From: Diplonema japonicum
Lineage: Eukaryota; Protista; Euglenozoa: Diplonemea
DNA length: 64,000 nucleotides
Assembly: GCA_964019335.1 (NCBI GenBank)
Contig: OZ025750.1
Coordinates: 186,001 to 250,000 of the forward strand
Reading direction: 5' to 3'
The notes below the pieces were generated by a model. It had not been told where the DNA came from, searched no databases, and saw only the letters and a program-made list of their open reading frames with translations. Each line of letters begins with the position of its first letter. Position 1 is the first letter of the stretch. Below, in pieces: positions 44,036-54,472 of the stretch. Position numbers and translations under genes: made by a program.

Positions 44036-45547
44036 ATGAGCATCACAGTGTTTGTGAAGACGAAAGCAGGGGTTCACGATGTGGAGGTGGCTGGGACGGA
44101 GACAGTGGAGAACCTGTACAAGAAGGCGGGGTGTGCTGCTGGCTTGATGGTTAGGATGTTCAAACTGGTTTGGGAGGAGAAGGTTCTGAGCAGGTTCGGG
44201 GATGGAGAGGTTCAGAATTGCGGGCTCGTGGAGGGGGCTGTTGTCAATGTGGTTCCGGGCACAGTGGTAGGGCTGACTGAGCTGAAGGAGAGTCCTGAAG
44301 TGAAACTGGAGCTTGAAAGGCTTGTGGCGGCAGACCCCGAGCTGGTTCTTGAGGTCGATGTGGGGGATTCGACTCCTGACAAGATGGTGTGCATTGAGGA
44401 GGATGACCTCCCTTCTGGACTTCAGGGCCTCGTTGTCACCGACTCCACAAACTGCGCCTGGGACATCGGTGATGACTTTCTTTGTAATTCCCCCTCCACC
44501 CTGAAGTCTCTGGATCTTAATCTGAAGCTCAACACCATTGGTTCCGGGTTCCTTCGAGAGTCGTCCATCTTGTCCATTAACTTCGGAGATGCGAGTCTCT
44601 ACTCCAATGTCATCACCATTGGTGATGAATTCATGTCTGAATACAATGAACAATGGACAACCTTGGATCTGAGCGTCTTTTCCAACGTCACCTCAATTGG
44701 CGATCACTTCATGGCAAATAGCCCGGGTTTGGAAGACGTGAATTTGCGTGGCTTCACCAACGTCACCTCAATTGGCGATTGCTTTCTGTCTGAATGCTCG
44801 TGCTTGCAAAGCGTGGTGCTGAGTGACTTCACCAACGTCACCACCATCGGCAGTGACTTCCTGGCTAATTGCTGGTATTTGCAAAACGTGGATTTGAGTG
44901 GTTTTACAAACGTCACCACGATTGACAGCTGCTTCCTTTATTCGTGCTCGGATTTGAAAAAAGTGGATTTGAGTGGCCTCACCAACGTCACAAAGATTGG
45001 CTGTAGCTTCCTGGCTTTGTGTGGGGGATTGCAAAACCTGGATTTGAGTGGTTTTACAAACCTCACCAGCATTGACGCTGAGTTCTTGAGCGGGTGTTAT
45101 GAATTACAAAACTTGGATCTGAGGAGCTTCACCAATGTCACCAAAATTGGATCTCAGTTTCTTGTTGGCTGCAGCGGGTTGCAAAACCTGGATCTGAGCT
45201 GCTTCACCAACGTCACGACCATTCGCAGTAGCTTCCTGTATAAGTGCACGAATTTACGAAGCTTGGATCTGAGCTGCTTCACCAATGTCACCTCGATTGG
45301 CAATGGATTCCTGGCTAGGTGCACGGGATTGCAAAACATGGATCTGAGTGCATTCACCAACCTAACCTCGATCGGCAATAAGTTCATGTATAGATGCAGG
45401 AGTTTACAAAACCTTGATCTGAGGAGCTTCACTAACGTCGCCACCATCAAATCTGGCTTTTTGTCTCATTGCAAGGGATTGAAAAATATTGAGGCATCGC
45501 CCGACAACCATGCCCTGACGGTGGCGCTATGTGGGGTAAAATTATAA
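44036..45547 (+). CDS. Ubiquitin-like domain + BspA-type leucine-rich repeat protein
   Basis: N-terminal ITVFVKT...DVEV...TVENL...KLVW...GL ubiquitin-like pattern; about 12 25-aa repeats LQNLDLSxFTNVTxIGxxFLxxC. Confidence 0.85.
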   Translation: MSITVFVKTKAGVHDVEVAGTETVENLYKKAGCAAGLMVRMFKLVWEEKVLSRFGDGEVQNCGLVEGAVVNVVPGTVVGLTELKESPEVKLELERLVAADPELVLEVDVGDSTPDKMVCIEEDDLPSGLQGLVVTDSTNCAWDIGDDFLCNSPSTLKSLDLNLKLNTIGSGFLRESSILSINFGDASLYSNVITIGDEFMSEYNEQWTTLDLSVFSNVTSIGDHFMANSPGLEDVNLRGFTNVTSIGDCFLSECSCLQSVVLSDFTNVTTIGSDFLANCWYLQNVDLSGFTNVTTIDSCFLYSCSDLKKVDLSGLTNVTKIGCSFLALCGGLQNLDLSGFTNLTSIDAEFLSGCYELQNLDLRSFTNVTKIGSQFLVGCSGLQNLDLSCFTNVTTIRSSFLYKCTNLRSLDLSCFTNVTSIGNGFLARCTGLQNMDLSAFTNLTSIGNKFMYRCRSLQNLDLRSFTNVATIKSGFLSHCKGLKNIEASPDNHALTVALCGVKL

Positions 45548-45583
45548 GAATATCCCCTGAGCGCTAAAGACCACATCTTTTTT

Positions 45584-45658
45584 TCGCGACAGTCAGCAAC
45601 CGCAGAACGGTGACCGATTAGTGTGAGTTTCTCTCCCTGAACGGTGAGCACCCACCCG
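45584..45658 (+). mobile_element. ~75-bp 3'-terminal stub of the LINE-C family
   Basis: Near-identical to 28490-28551 (gcaaccgcagaacggtgaccgattagtgtg...cacccacccg); preceded by a T tract. Confidence 0.8.
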
Positions 45659-47140
45659 ATGTCGAAGGGGCCGCCCTCGTGGTGCACGGAGATTATGCAC
45701 GAGGTGGGGAAGCTACGAAAGATTGTGAGCGCATTGGGCACCGGTAAAGAAAGCAGGATGTTGGGATACAAAACCTTTGTAAGATGCTTGAAGTGGAGCG
45801 CGAGAAGAGGCTCCTGTTGGAGGAACGAAGCACAGGATGCGAGGGGACGGTCACAGCAGATGCCACCACCACAGCCACAAGGGCGGTGCTGGTGGCAGCG
45901 ATGACTATAGTCTAACTGCATTACACGAAGCGACTTATGGAGGCAGGCTTGAAATCATCAGATATTTAGTCGAACGGGCGAACGTCAGCCCCATGGTTAG
46001 GGCGATTCTTGGACATGCAGTTCTGCGCTGTACGCTGCGATATCCCTAGGCAAGCTGGACATCCTTCGATATTTTGTTGAGGAGCTGAGCACCGATGTAA
46101 CTTCTCAAAACGAAAACGGTCTCACCGCTTTGCACTGCGCGTCTTATGAAGGCAGGCTTGACACAGTGCGGTATCTTGTAGAAGACGCAAAGGTTGACCC
46201 AAGCACACTCAACGTGGTGCACACGGCAGCATCATGCGGCAGGCTTGACATTCTTCAGTACCTTGTTGAAGAAGCTGACGTAGACGTCACAGCCAAGGAC
46301 AAAAAAGGTATATCTCTAAAACCCGTTTGGCATTTTCTTTTTTTTGTGGTCGGGGAAAGTACTCTCCATACCCGCTGGGTGGGTGCTACTTGCCTGAAGA
46401 GATCAGCACTTGGAGGAGTCGCAAGATTAGATCGAAACTGAGAGACACCTAGTACTGACCATACCCCCTCCCTTTTTAGGGCATGCTGCCTTCGCTTTAG
46501 GGGTTTGCATGTTACTTTGAGTTTTTTGCTGCGAAAAAAGTTGAAAGCCACAACCATTTTGGATTGCCCACACAGGCAATTTTTCAAAAAGAAAAAAAAA
46601 AACAGGTTTCACTCCCTTGCATTATGCATCATCCGAGGGTATGGATAGAGGTCATTAAATACCTTGTTGAAAAAGGTGGGAATCAACATTCTCGTCGCAA
46701 ACAATGAAGGTAGGTCTTTTTTTTTCTTTTTTTTTTTTTCTTTTTTTTTCCAAAGTATCATCACAAGCAAGACTGCTTGCGATATCTCGCTGCCAATGTC
46801 TGGCGCAAGGGACTACTTAACACAGAAAGAGGTTCGCAAGAAGCGGAGAAAGAAGGAGCTAGGCCGCCGAGCACTCTCACGAATCTTAGAGCACCATTAT
46901 ATTTGCCCAAAGCGATTGCTCAGACCCTTCAGATTTCAAATCTTTACGAAACACAGGCTGGTCAGGGTGAAAGCAATGTCCACCACCAAACCCAGAAGGA
47001 AGAGGAAAGCGACGAAAGCAACGGCAAAAAAGGAAAAGGAAAAGAAGGTCCTGTTGAGAAGGTGGGAGCGGAGGGAAATAGAACGAACCGAACGCAGCGC
47101 AAAACCGGAACGAAAGCGAGGCTCCAAAGAGAGCCCCTAA
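45659..47140 (+). pseudogene. Ankyrin-repeat gene with frameshifts; intron 46308-46605
   Basis: TALHEATYGGRLEIIRYLVE, TALHCASYEGRLDTVRYLVE, and KDKK-G-FTPLHYAS restored by GT-AG splicing; several frame breaks. Confidence 0.65.
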
Positions 47141-47300
47141 GGATGGTCCTCAAGTCGGATTTGCCCTTAAAACATCGCCTTTTTTTTTTTTTAAATTTCT
47201 TTTTTTTTAGATCGTTAGATGAAAACCTTTGCATTTTTCCACCCCGCCCCCCCCAACTTCTTTTTGGCAAACACACACACAAGAAAAAGAAAAAAAAGAA

Positions 47301-48317
47301 ATGGGCGATGACAACGGCAACGCATTAAAGGGCCTCATGAAACGGCACTCTGTGACCAGAGGAGACAGGAGGTCCCTGGACACCTTGCTGAATCGACAAG
47401 CTGCTGACCTGAAAGAGATGCGCGTTAAACACCGTGCCATGTCGACTGACGCCAATCTGGAGGGAGTCCTGCGGGAGGCGGTATCTGTGTGCAAGGAAGC
47501 CGTCGAGAAGGGCGGGATCGCGAAGACAGTCTCAACAATGGTGCGCGAGTTCAAGGGCGCCTCCACCTTGCTGAAACGTCAGGTTAAACAGCTCGAAACA
47601 ACCTTAAGCAACGAGCATCTCGGCCTCGACAACTTGCGCGACACTGACAGGCAAGCGTACCTCTGGTGGGTAAAGGCCTTCGGCCCCACCCCTTACGCCG
47701 ACCAGCACTATTTTATAACTGAATTCTGCAGGGTATCTGGTGTTTGGTTGCGCGAGTCTTTTTTATACGACCCGGAATCCGCCTTCTGTCGATCAGTCAA
47801 CTCGTCGGGCCTCATTGGGTACATTAGCGTCTTCGATTTCTCTGTATTCTCAGCTGCCTTCGGGCCGTTCACATCCATTCTTTCCAATCTGGTGTCTCTC
47901 CTCTCTTTGCGGCTCTTCGAACCACAGTTCAGCGCGCGTCACGCTGTTGTTAAGCTCCGCTCCCTTCCCTCTGGATCGCATCTTGTGTATTTTACAGATG
48001 TTCCTTTCATGATGTCGCTGGCAGTGTCGCGTGGGGGTGGTGAGGTGACCACCCACGTGCTGCAGCGGATAGGTTCGCGATGGCACCTTGACGTTGACAT
48101 GAAGACTATAGAGGCGCGTTCGATAATCGAGGCTGTCGAGTTGTCTGAGCCATCGACACACCCTCACCTTCGGGCTGCTCATAGGTTCATCCTTCCATGG
48201 GTCGACCCCAGAGGGATCCTCCGGTTGTGGTCCACTCCGGAAGAAGCGGCGGTTCTCCAGCACGACCCCACCCTGCATAAGATCGCGTCGTGCATCAGTA
48301 AGCGTCTTTCCGTTTGA
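47301..48317 (+). CDS. Protein with Cbl TKB-like EF-hand + SH2-like module
   Basis: WWVKAFG and YISVFDFSVFSAAFGPFTSILSN parallel Cbl FWRKAFG and [23 protein letters not shown], followed by an SH2-like pattern; N-terminal helical region. Confidence 0.65.
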   Translation: MGDDNGNALKGLMKRHSVTRGDRRSLDTLLNRQAADLKEMRVKHRAMSTDANLEGVLREAVSVCKEAVEKGGIAKTVSTMVREFKGASTLLKRQVKQLETTLSNEHLGLDNLRDTDRQAYLWWVKAFGPTPYADQHYFITEFCRVSGVWLRESFLYDPESAFCRSVNSSGLIGYISVFDFSVFSAAFGPFTSILSNLVSLLSLRLFEPQFSARHAVVKLRSLPSGSHLVYFTDVPFMMSLAVSRGGGEVTTHVLQRIGSRWHLDVDMKTIEARSIIEAVELSEPSTHPHLRAAHRFILPWVDPRGILRLWSTPEEAAVLQHDPTLHKIASCISKRLSV

Positions 48318-48411
48318 GACAATTCTTTTTTTTTTTTTTTTTTCCTTCTTTACCAAGAAGAAGAAATACAGTTTTTTTTTTGTTCTTTGTTTTTCTTTTT
48401 GTTTTTTTGCT

Positions 48412-49974
48412 TTGGTCCAGAGAGCCCAGCGCCTTCTAGCTGGCAACCTCTCAGAGGAGAACAAAAGCCTTGTGCTGACCACCCTCGACTGCGTTCTACA
48501 GCTAGTCGAGAAGGCACAGGCCAATCATCAGCCGTCCTCCCCGCAGCCCCTACAGGCCCAAACTCAACAACAGCCCCTGCCGCTTCTCCAACAATCTCAG
48601 GCTCAGCAGCTACCACCCCAGCAATTCCAACAGGCACGTCAGCCCCAACAACAATTCCAACAGCAGCAACACCAGAGCCAACAGACGTCCATAGGACTAC
48701 CACAACAACAGCAATCCCAGAAAAAACAGCAGCAACAGAAACCAGCGTCGCAGGAGAAGAGGACTCCCCCGAGGAAGACATCAAGAGTCTCTAAGTCATA
48801 CCTTGGTGCTGCCACCAACTGGACGAGCAGGCCGGCCCCTGTCAAACCCCCCTTAGCACTGGTCCAACAGCACTGGGGACAGCAAGTTCACAACGAGATC
48901 CCCGACCAGCTCGCAGCAGGGATATACTTCAACCCCCCGGACCCCGTCGAGCTCTCCACCCGCCTCAAGGCCCTCGGCCTTGCTTTTAAAATTGTCAGCA
49001 CCCGACCGTTCGTAGGCGGGACCGAGTCGGACTCCCCCACCTCGAGAGGTGTCGTTAAGACCTTTGTCACTGGTGATGAGGTCCTACCGCAGGCCATGGA
49101 CGCCACACCCAAGGAGGGTAGCAGCAGGACAACCATTCTCAAGGCGATAATCGCAAAAGGCCACTGCTCGGATGCACAGTGGAAGCGTACAGCGGACGGC
49201 GATGCCATCAGAAGAATGGCACTACTTGCGGCGAGGGACAAGGAAGGTCCTTTCAAGGTGGTCCCGCAAAACGTGTTCAGAATCGACCGGTCCACTGAAA
49301 ACAACACAGCCACCGCCCTTGTACGAGTAGACCCAGATCACGCGACCAGGCTGCTAGCAGCGTCAGGGGACCAAGGCGTCTACTGGACACACGCATTCGC
49401 AAAGGACCGGCTCGAGGTCATCCAGCTGAAGAAGGGGATCAAAGCAGCCGACGTCCCCTTGGCATCACTCGGCACCTCCATCACGGTGACACCGATTGGG
49501 TTGGCCCTCATGTTGCCGAGAGGGGCAGACCGCAACGAGGTCCTATCCAGGGTCAACCCCATCCTTCTCCCGTTGCAGAAGGCGGGGGAAAAATATATTT
49601 TGGAAGGATGCCTCAACCATGAGCACGGATACGACCTGAGGGAGGACCTGGCAGGATGCGGGTGGAACGTTTGTCACATGGACAAGATAGGCAGATCGAA
49701 ATGGCTCATCCGGGCAGCTACCCCACCAACAGCCAGACTCATTGCGAGAGGTGAGAAACTCCACTCACTGACGATCAGAGACTGGACCCGAGAAGATGCG
49801 CCGGACAGGAAGGAAAGGAACTTCCGAGGGAAACAGCGCAGAGTCAAGCTGACAGAAGCTGAATTCCCCAGTTCACGAGCGGCTAAGGAAGCGGAGGCAG
49901 CAAGAGCCGATAGCTCTCGGAAGAGAGGGGATTCGGAGACCCCGACACCGAACCCCAAGAACCAGAAGATCTGA
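48412..49974 (+). CDS. LINE-B ORF1 (Gln-rich N-terminus; start uncertain, possibly 5'-truncated)
   Basis: 520 open codons; no ATG until ~49096; begins right after a T-rich tract. Confidence 0.7.
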   Translation: MVQRAQRLLAGNLSEENKSLVLTTLDCVLQLVEKAQANHQPSSPQPLQAQTQQQPLPLLQQSQAQQLPPQQFQQARQPQQQFQQQQHQSQQTSIGLPQQQQSQKKQQQQKPASQEKRTPPRKTSRVSKSYLGAATNWTSRPAPVKPPLALVQQHWGQQVHNEIPDQLAAGIYFNPPDPVELSTRLKALGLAFKIVSTRPFVGGTESDSPTSRGVVKTFVTGDEVLPQAMDATPKEGSSRTTILKAIIAKGHCSDAQWKRTADGDAIRRMALLAARDKEGPFKVVPQNVFRIDRSTENNTATALVRVDPDHATRLLAASGDQGVYWTHAFAKDRLEVIQLKKGIKAADVPLASLGTSITVTPIGLALMLPRGADRNEVLSRVNPILLPLQKAGEKYILEGCLNHEHGYDLREDLAGCGWNVCHMDKIGRSKWLIRAATPPTARLIARGEKLHSLTIRDWTREDAPDRKERNFRGKQRRVKLTEAEFPSSRAAKEAEAARADSSRKRGDSETPTPNPKNQKI

Positions 49975-50181
49975 CTGGAGGCGCTGAAGTGCCACGGGGC
50001 CATCCTATCCCTCCCCATCATCATTATAATCATCCTATCAATCATTGACCTTCTGTCCGCTTCGACCTCGCCACCCCCCTTCGCCCCATTCTATTGCAAC
50101 TGGTTCGGCTCTACTTCTGGGAACAATCATCTGATTTACTCCCTGGCGGTGATCCACCTCCCCCGAGCACACTTCCTCATA

Positions 50182-53100
50182 ATGAAAAGATCGAGACGCT
50201 CTGTTGCGTGCGAGGCAAGAAAACGACTCATGACACACGGTGATATCCACCCCAATCCTGGGCCCGAGAAGGGGAAGAAAGAGCTCACTATCCTCTCGGT
50301 GAATGTCACGAACCTCCCGAACCACTTGAACAGGGTCAAACTACAGTCGTTTGACTTGATATGCCTCCAAGAGACGGCCCTAACACAAGCTGGTCAGTGG
50401 ATGATGAACGAGGAAGCGAAACGCGACACTTTCCTGAAGGAACACCGTCTGTTCTGGGGTCCACCGCAACAGGGGAAGATTTCTAAAGACGCAGAATCCC
50501 CCACGATCGCGCAAAGGGGGGGAGTGGGAATCATGGTAAACAAGCAGCTAACTGCAAAGAAGGATCCCTCCCTTTTTGATGATCACGGCACTAACTCACG
50601 ACGAGTACACATAAGGGTTGCAGTAGGGAAACGAGACTGGCTGCATGTCATTACCCTCTACTGTCAGGTGAACGACAACTCTAGGCACGCCAAGAGGAAC
50701 AGGGAAGCATTAATAGCCGACACTCTACTAAAATCGACACAGCTGGGAGACGTACCCGTCATTGTGACAGGGGATTTAAATACATCGGTACAAGACTCCC
50801 CGGTACTCTCGAACGCCCTTACGCAAAATTGGACTGACGCCTCGGACAAGGTTTCACGCCGACAGGGAACTCATACCCCTCCCTCCTTCGTAACAGCGGC
50901 AGCGAAGACCAGGCCGGATTACATTCTGATGAACGCGACAGCGGCAATGGCGCTAAAGGATTGCCAGACCGTCGACATCGGGGTCCCCTCACACCGAGCT
51001 CTCAAAGTCACGATAGACATACCAAAATTCCATGAGCCATCGCTGCAATACCATCTGCCCAGGAAGATCACCCCTCACCTCGAATCCCGGGACCGGACTC
51101 CGGACTGTGACATTCTCCCTACATTGAGGGCTCTAAAAGACGACGGAGACCTGGATGCTGCATTCTTGGCACTCTCTTCGGCCTGCGAGAAACACCTCCT
51201 GAGAGACACAGCACAATCAGGGATTTCTAGTTATAGTGGCAGAGGTGAAGTGAATAACCCCAGCTTGAGAAGATCCGCGGCCCCCTCCACGTCGACCGGA
51301 TTCGGGGCGGTATCCAGGAGGTACCTGACACTTGAGAAAATCCGGCAAAGTGCATCCACCATTATACGAAGAGTACAGAAGTTGAAAGACCCAGCCCTGC
51401 CCTACGACCTGCGCAAGGGATGGGACAAAATGAAGGCGAGAGCTATCAACTTCTTGAGAGTTCACCCCGAAACATTCTCTGACGGTAACATCACCAGAGA
51501 AGCAGACCTGATTTTGAATAAAGTGGTTGCACAACAACGAGACATGGACATCGCGTCGAAAATCCAGCGCAGCGTGAAAATGAGAAGAGAACTGAATTCG
51601 GGCTTCTCGGTGAATCGAAGTGCCATCATGCAATTTGTGGCAGACAGGCCCGAGAGAGAACTGGTAGCGTCGAACTCGAATGGAACACTCTCATCCTCGG
51701 TCGCGGAGATCGACCAAGCTTTCAGGTCGGAATGGCGCCATATCTTCAGGAAATTTGAAGACCACCCCGAGCCGAGTTACGCGGCTTTTGAAGAGACGTT
51801 TGGGTCACAGGTCACCCACCACCCGATGATGGACCACGCACTCACGCTGGAGGACCTGCGGAAAGTGCTGAAAAAGAAAGAGAAACAAGAATGCGCAGGG
51901 ATCGACGGATGGAGATTGTGTGAACTCGCTCACTTACCAGATGCATTGTTGGAGGGGTTCGTCTTCCTATATGATTGGATAGAGGAGGGGGGGAGCTGGC
52001 CCAAGGCAGTCCTCACAGCTCTAGTAACGATGATCCCGAAAGGGGAATCCGAAGAACCGCTAGAACACCGCCCTATTACGGTATCGAGCGCGTTCTACCG
52101 CCTATGGGCAGGTGCGAGGCTACCAGCAATCCTCGAGTGGCAGGAAGCATGGATCACCCCTCTCCAGTTCGGTTTCAGACCGGAACACAGCACAGACGAC
52201 CTCCTCGCCCGGGTCTGCACCAGTGTAGAAATTGCGAAGGAGTCGGGGAGGCACCTCTATGGCCTTTCTGTCGACTTCAAGAAATGCTTCGATTCAGTCC
52301 CCCATGCACTAACATTCGGACTAGTGGAACGTCTAGGCCTCAGCCGGCTCATTTTGAAACCGATTAGGTCCATTTACTCTGACCTGATCCGCCGTTTACG
52401 GTTCCCAATGGGAGTAGGCGCCCCATTCCGGACCACAAATGGGATGCTCCAGGGCTGCCCGATCTCACCGATCTTCATCAACGCGATCCTCGCCATCTTT
52501 ACCAGGAAATGCACGGCGAACCCGAGGAACGCCCATCCTGTGTCGTATGCAGACGACCTCAACTTCACGTCAGCTACATCAGAAGCCGCGATACAACGCT
52601 CCGTCAACCTGCTTGGCAGCCTATGCAAGCTCACAGGGATGACCATACACCCGAAGAAAACCAGATCATTTGGGACGAAACCCAAGTACAAGGGCAAAGT
52701 ACAGTTATTCGGGGAGATCTTCGACACTTCCAACAGGCTACAAATACTGGGTGTACAGGTCTACTTCCAACCCTGCAGGAGAGAGAACTCAAGGGTCCGC
52801 AAGGCCCTTGCAGAGGTCGAACGACTCGCCGCGACCAAACTGTACCACAATCGCAAGATACAGATCATCTCTGAGAACATCCTACCGTCCGCCTTCTACG
52901 GCGTACTCTTCGACCCAATCCCTGACTCCTGGCTGGAGAAACTGAAGAAACAGATCACCTTATGTATCTGGGGGGCCCGCAACCCGATGCGCTCCTCTAG
53001 TGCTCTGCTGGGGATTGCCCACAAAGGTCACACCCTAGACCCTTACTCTACGGTGGTCTACAAGGCCATTTCAACCCTAGGGCGTCTATGCACACGCCAG

Positions 53101-54357
53101 ACGAACAAATCCCTCTTCGTTTCATGCTGGGAGACTTACAGGTACACGAAGGAACGGAACGGAACACCGTCGTTACCGAAAGGACCATTTGGCAATGCAG
53201 AGGTTTGGCTTCGAGACATTGGGACCAGATGGAAGGACCTTCAGACGAAAATGCTGCCGCAAGGCTTACAACACCTGAAGCATGAGATCAGAACGCTGTT
53301 GAAAGACAAGCTACGTGGCGGGCTCGCCGAAGAGCGAGAGACCTTTGGAGGGATCGAGACGGGCATCGACGAGGAGAGGACGAACCTCCTACACAACGAG
53401 ATGGCGGTCGCCAACCCGCAGAAAGCGAGAAAGTTACTTTGTGCAATCACTGGCGCCATACTGCCCCTTCATCCCAGAGCCTACGGCGATTTGTCAGGCA
53501 CACGTGCGAGATGCCTCGGGTGTGACGCACTCTACGACGTTAGGAAGGGAACCAGCAGCCTCCTGCAGCATACCATTTGGCACTGTCCAGCACACGCCGG
53601 CTATAGGACAGCCAACGCCGACCGCAAGTGGCTGGTGCAAGAACACAGGAGCTGGCCGAACTGCACCCAGATTCACGGAATCATTACAACGGACTCGGAC
53701 ATCAGCCTGCCAAGAGTCAAGGAACTCCACCTGATGCTTGCAGATATTGCAGGGAAACTCGATTGTCTGCACGCCGACAAGCAGGTCAGGTACGAAAACC
53801 AGCACTTCTGGAATAGACCTTTCCAGCCAGGGAACCTCTTAACCCCGAAACCTCTCACTTGGTACCACAAGAACGGGCTGGCGAAGAAGTACTTCCCAGG
53901 CCTAATCCCGTTTATCCTCAAATGGCTGAAAGCCCTCAAGTGGGGCAAGGACGGTGGGCAGGTGTCCAAGGCGGAACTTGCGGTCGACCTAATTGCAACA
54001 GAAAGGATCCACATGGAGGGTGAAGACCTAGCGAGCTGGGCAAGAAAAATCGGCGGAATCCTAAGAGTTTTGGACAGGATTCACCAAAAAGGCACGGGGA
54101 GTCACCTGATTCCAGCAGAACCTAGGAAATCAGTACACTCTTTGCGTACCCTAGGGCTCCACAGCCAACCCATCACTGGGTACTCCACTCGTCCGGTCTT
54201 CGCAACCCCGAAGGTCACCCACCCTATCCTAGAGGAACAGTTACGAACTCATTGCATCCTCAACAACTCGCTAGTTGGTTTCACGCCCAAGCTGCTGAAA
54301 AGATACTACGACGGGCCTAAGGCACTACCACGACAGAAGGGATCAAACACTAGATGA
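50182..54357 (+). CDS. LINE-B ORF2: 2A-like peptide, AP endonuclease, reverse transcriptase
   Basis: First ATG at 50182; GDIHPNPGP at 50239-50265; full APE and RT motif sets. Confidence 0.92.
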   Translation: MKRSRRSVACEARKRLMTHGDIHPNPGPEKGKKELTILSVNVTNLPNHLNRVKLQSFDLICLQETALTQAGQWMMNEEAKRDTFLKEHRLFWGPPQQGKISKDAESPTIAQRGGVGIMVNKQLTAKKDPSLFDDHGTNSRRVHIRVAVGKRDWLHVITLYCQVNDNSRHAKRNREALIADTLLKSTQLGDVPVIVTGDLNTSVQDSPVLSNALTQNWTDASDKVSRRQGTHTPPSFVTAAAKTRPDYILMNATAAMALKDCQTVDIGVPSHRALKVTIDIPKFHEPSLQYHLPRKITPHLESRDRTPDCDILPTLRALKDDGDLDAAFLALSSACEKHLLRDTAQSGISSYSGRGEVNNPSLRRSAAPSTSTGFGAVSRRYLTLEKIRQSASTIIRRVQKLKDPALPYDLRKGWDKMKARAINFLRVHPETFSDGNITREADLILNKVVAQQRDMDIASKIQRSVKMRRELNSGFSVNRSAIMQFVADRPERELVASNSNGTLSSSVAEIDQAFRSEWRHIFRKFEDHPEPSYAAFEETFGSQVTHHPMMDHALTLEDLRKVLKKKEKQECAGIDGWRLCELAHLPDALLEGFVFLYDWIEEGGSWPKAVLTALVTMIPKGESEEPLEHRPITVSSAFYRLWAGARLPAILEWQEAWITPLQFGFRPEHSTDDLLARVCTSVEIAKESGRHLYGLSVDFKKCFDSVPHALTFGLVERLGLSRLILKPIRSIYSDLIRRLRFPMGVGAPFRTTNGMLQGCPISPIFINAILAIFTRKCTANPRNAHPVSYADDLNFTSATSEAAIQRSVNLLGSLCKLTGMTIHPKKTRSFGTKPKYKGKVQLFGEIFDTSNRLQILGVQVYFQPCRRENSRVRKALAEVERLAATKLYHNRKIQIISENILPSAFYGVLFDPIPDSWLEKLKKQITLCIWGARNPMRSSSALLGIAHKGHTLDPYSTVVYKAISTLGRLCTRQTNKSLFVSCWETYRYTKERNGTPSLPKGPFGNAEVWLRDIGTRWKDLQTKMLPQGLQHLKHEIRTLLKDKLRGGLAEERETFGGIETGIDEERTNLLHNEMAVANPQKARKLLCAITGAILPLHPRAYGDLSGTRARCLGCDALYDVRKGTSSLLQHTIWHCPAHAGYRTANADRKWLVQEHRSWPNCTQIHGIITTDSDISLPRVKELHLMLADIAGKLDCLHADKQVRYENQHFWNRPFQPGNLLTPKPLTWYHKNGLAKKYFPGLIPFILKWLKALKWGKDGGQVSKAELAVDLIATERIHMEGEDLASWARKIGGILRVLDRIHQKGTGSHLIPAEPRKSVHSLRTLGLHSQPITGYSTRPVFATPKVTHPILEEQLRTHCILNNSLVGFTPKLLKRYYDGPKALPRQKGSNTR

Positions 54358-54436
54358 GTTGATTGTCGTTAGGCGATCCTGTCACATACTGCAGGCTCCC
54401 TCAAAGACATCTTTTTTTTCGTTCAAACACCCATTT

Positions 54437-54472
<36 letters not shown>

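Larger units (their letters stand above)
48412..54411 (+). mobile_element. LINE-B: non-LTR retrotransposon with intact ORF2 (2A-APE-RT-CCHC-CTD)
   Basis: Uninterrupted ~1400-aa ORF2 with DLICLQET, GDLN, RPDYIL, VDFKKCFD, GMLQGCPIS, YADD and CLGC...HTIWHC; 3' hairpin then T tract. Confidence 0.95.

Noticed and set aside
48320-48470. HDV-like ribozyme at LINE 5' ends (as in L1Tc/ingi)
   Set aside because: No nested double-pseudoknot pattern could be found by eye upstream of LINE-A or LINE-B; both start at T tracts. A motif search would be needed.
49972-49974. Genome-wide UGA reassignment explaining the in-frame LINE stops
   Set aside because: Host genes end at TGA at natural domain ends (6071, 56777, 59461, 63448).
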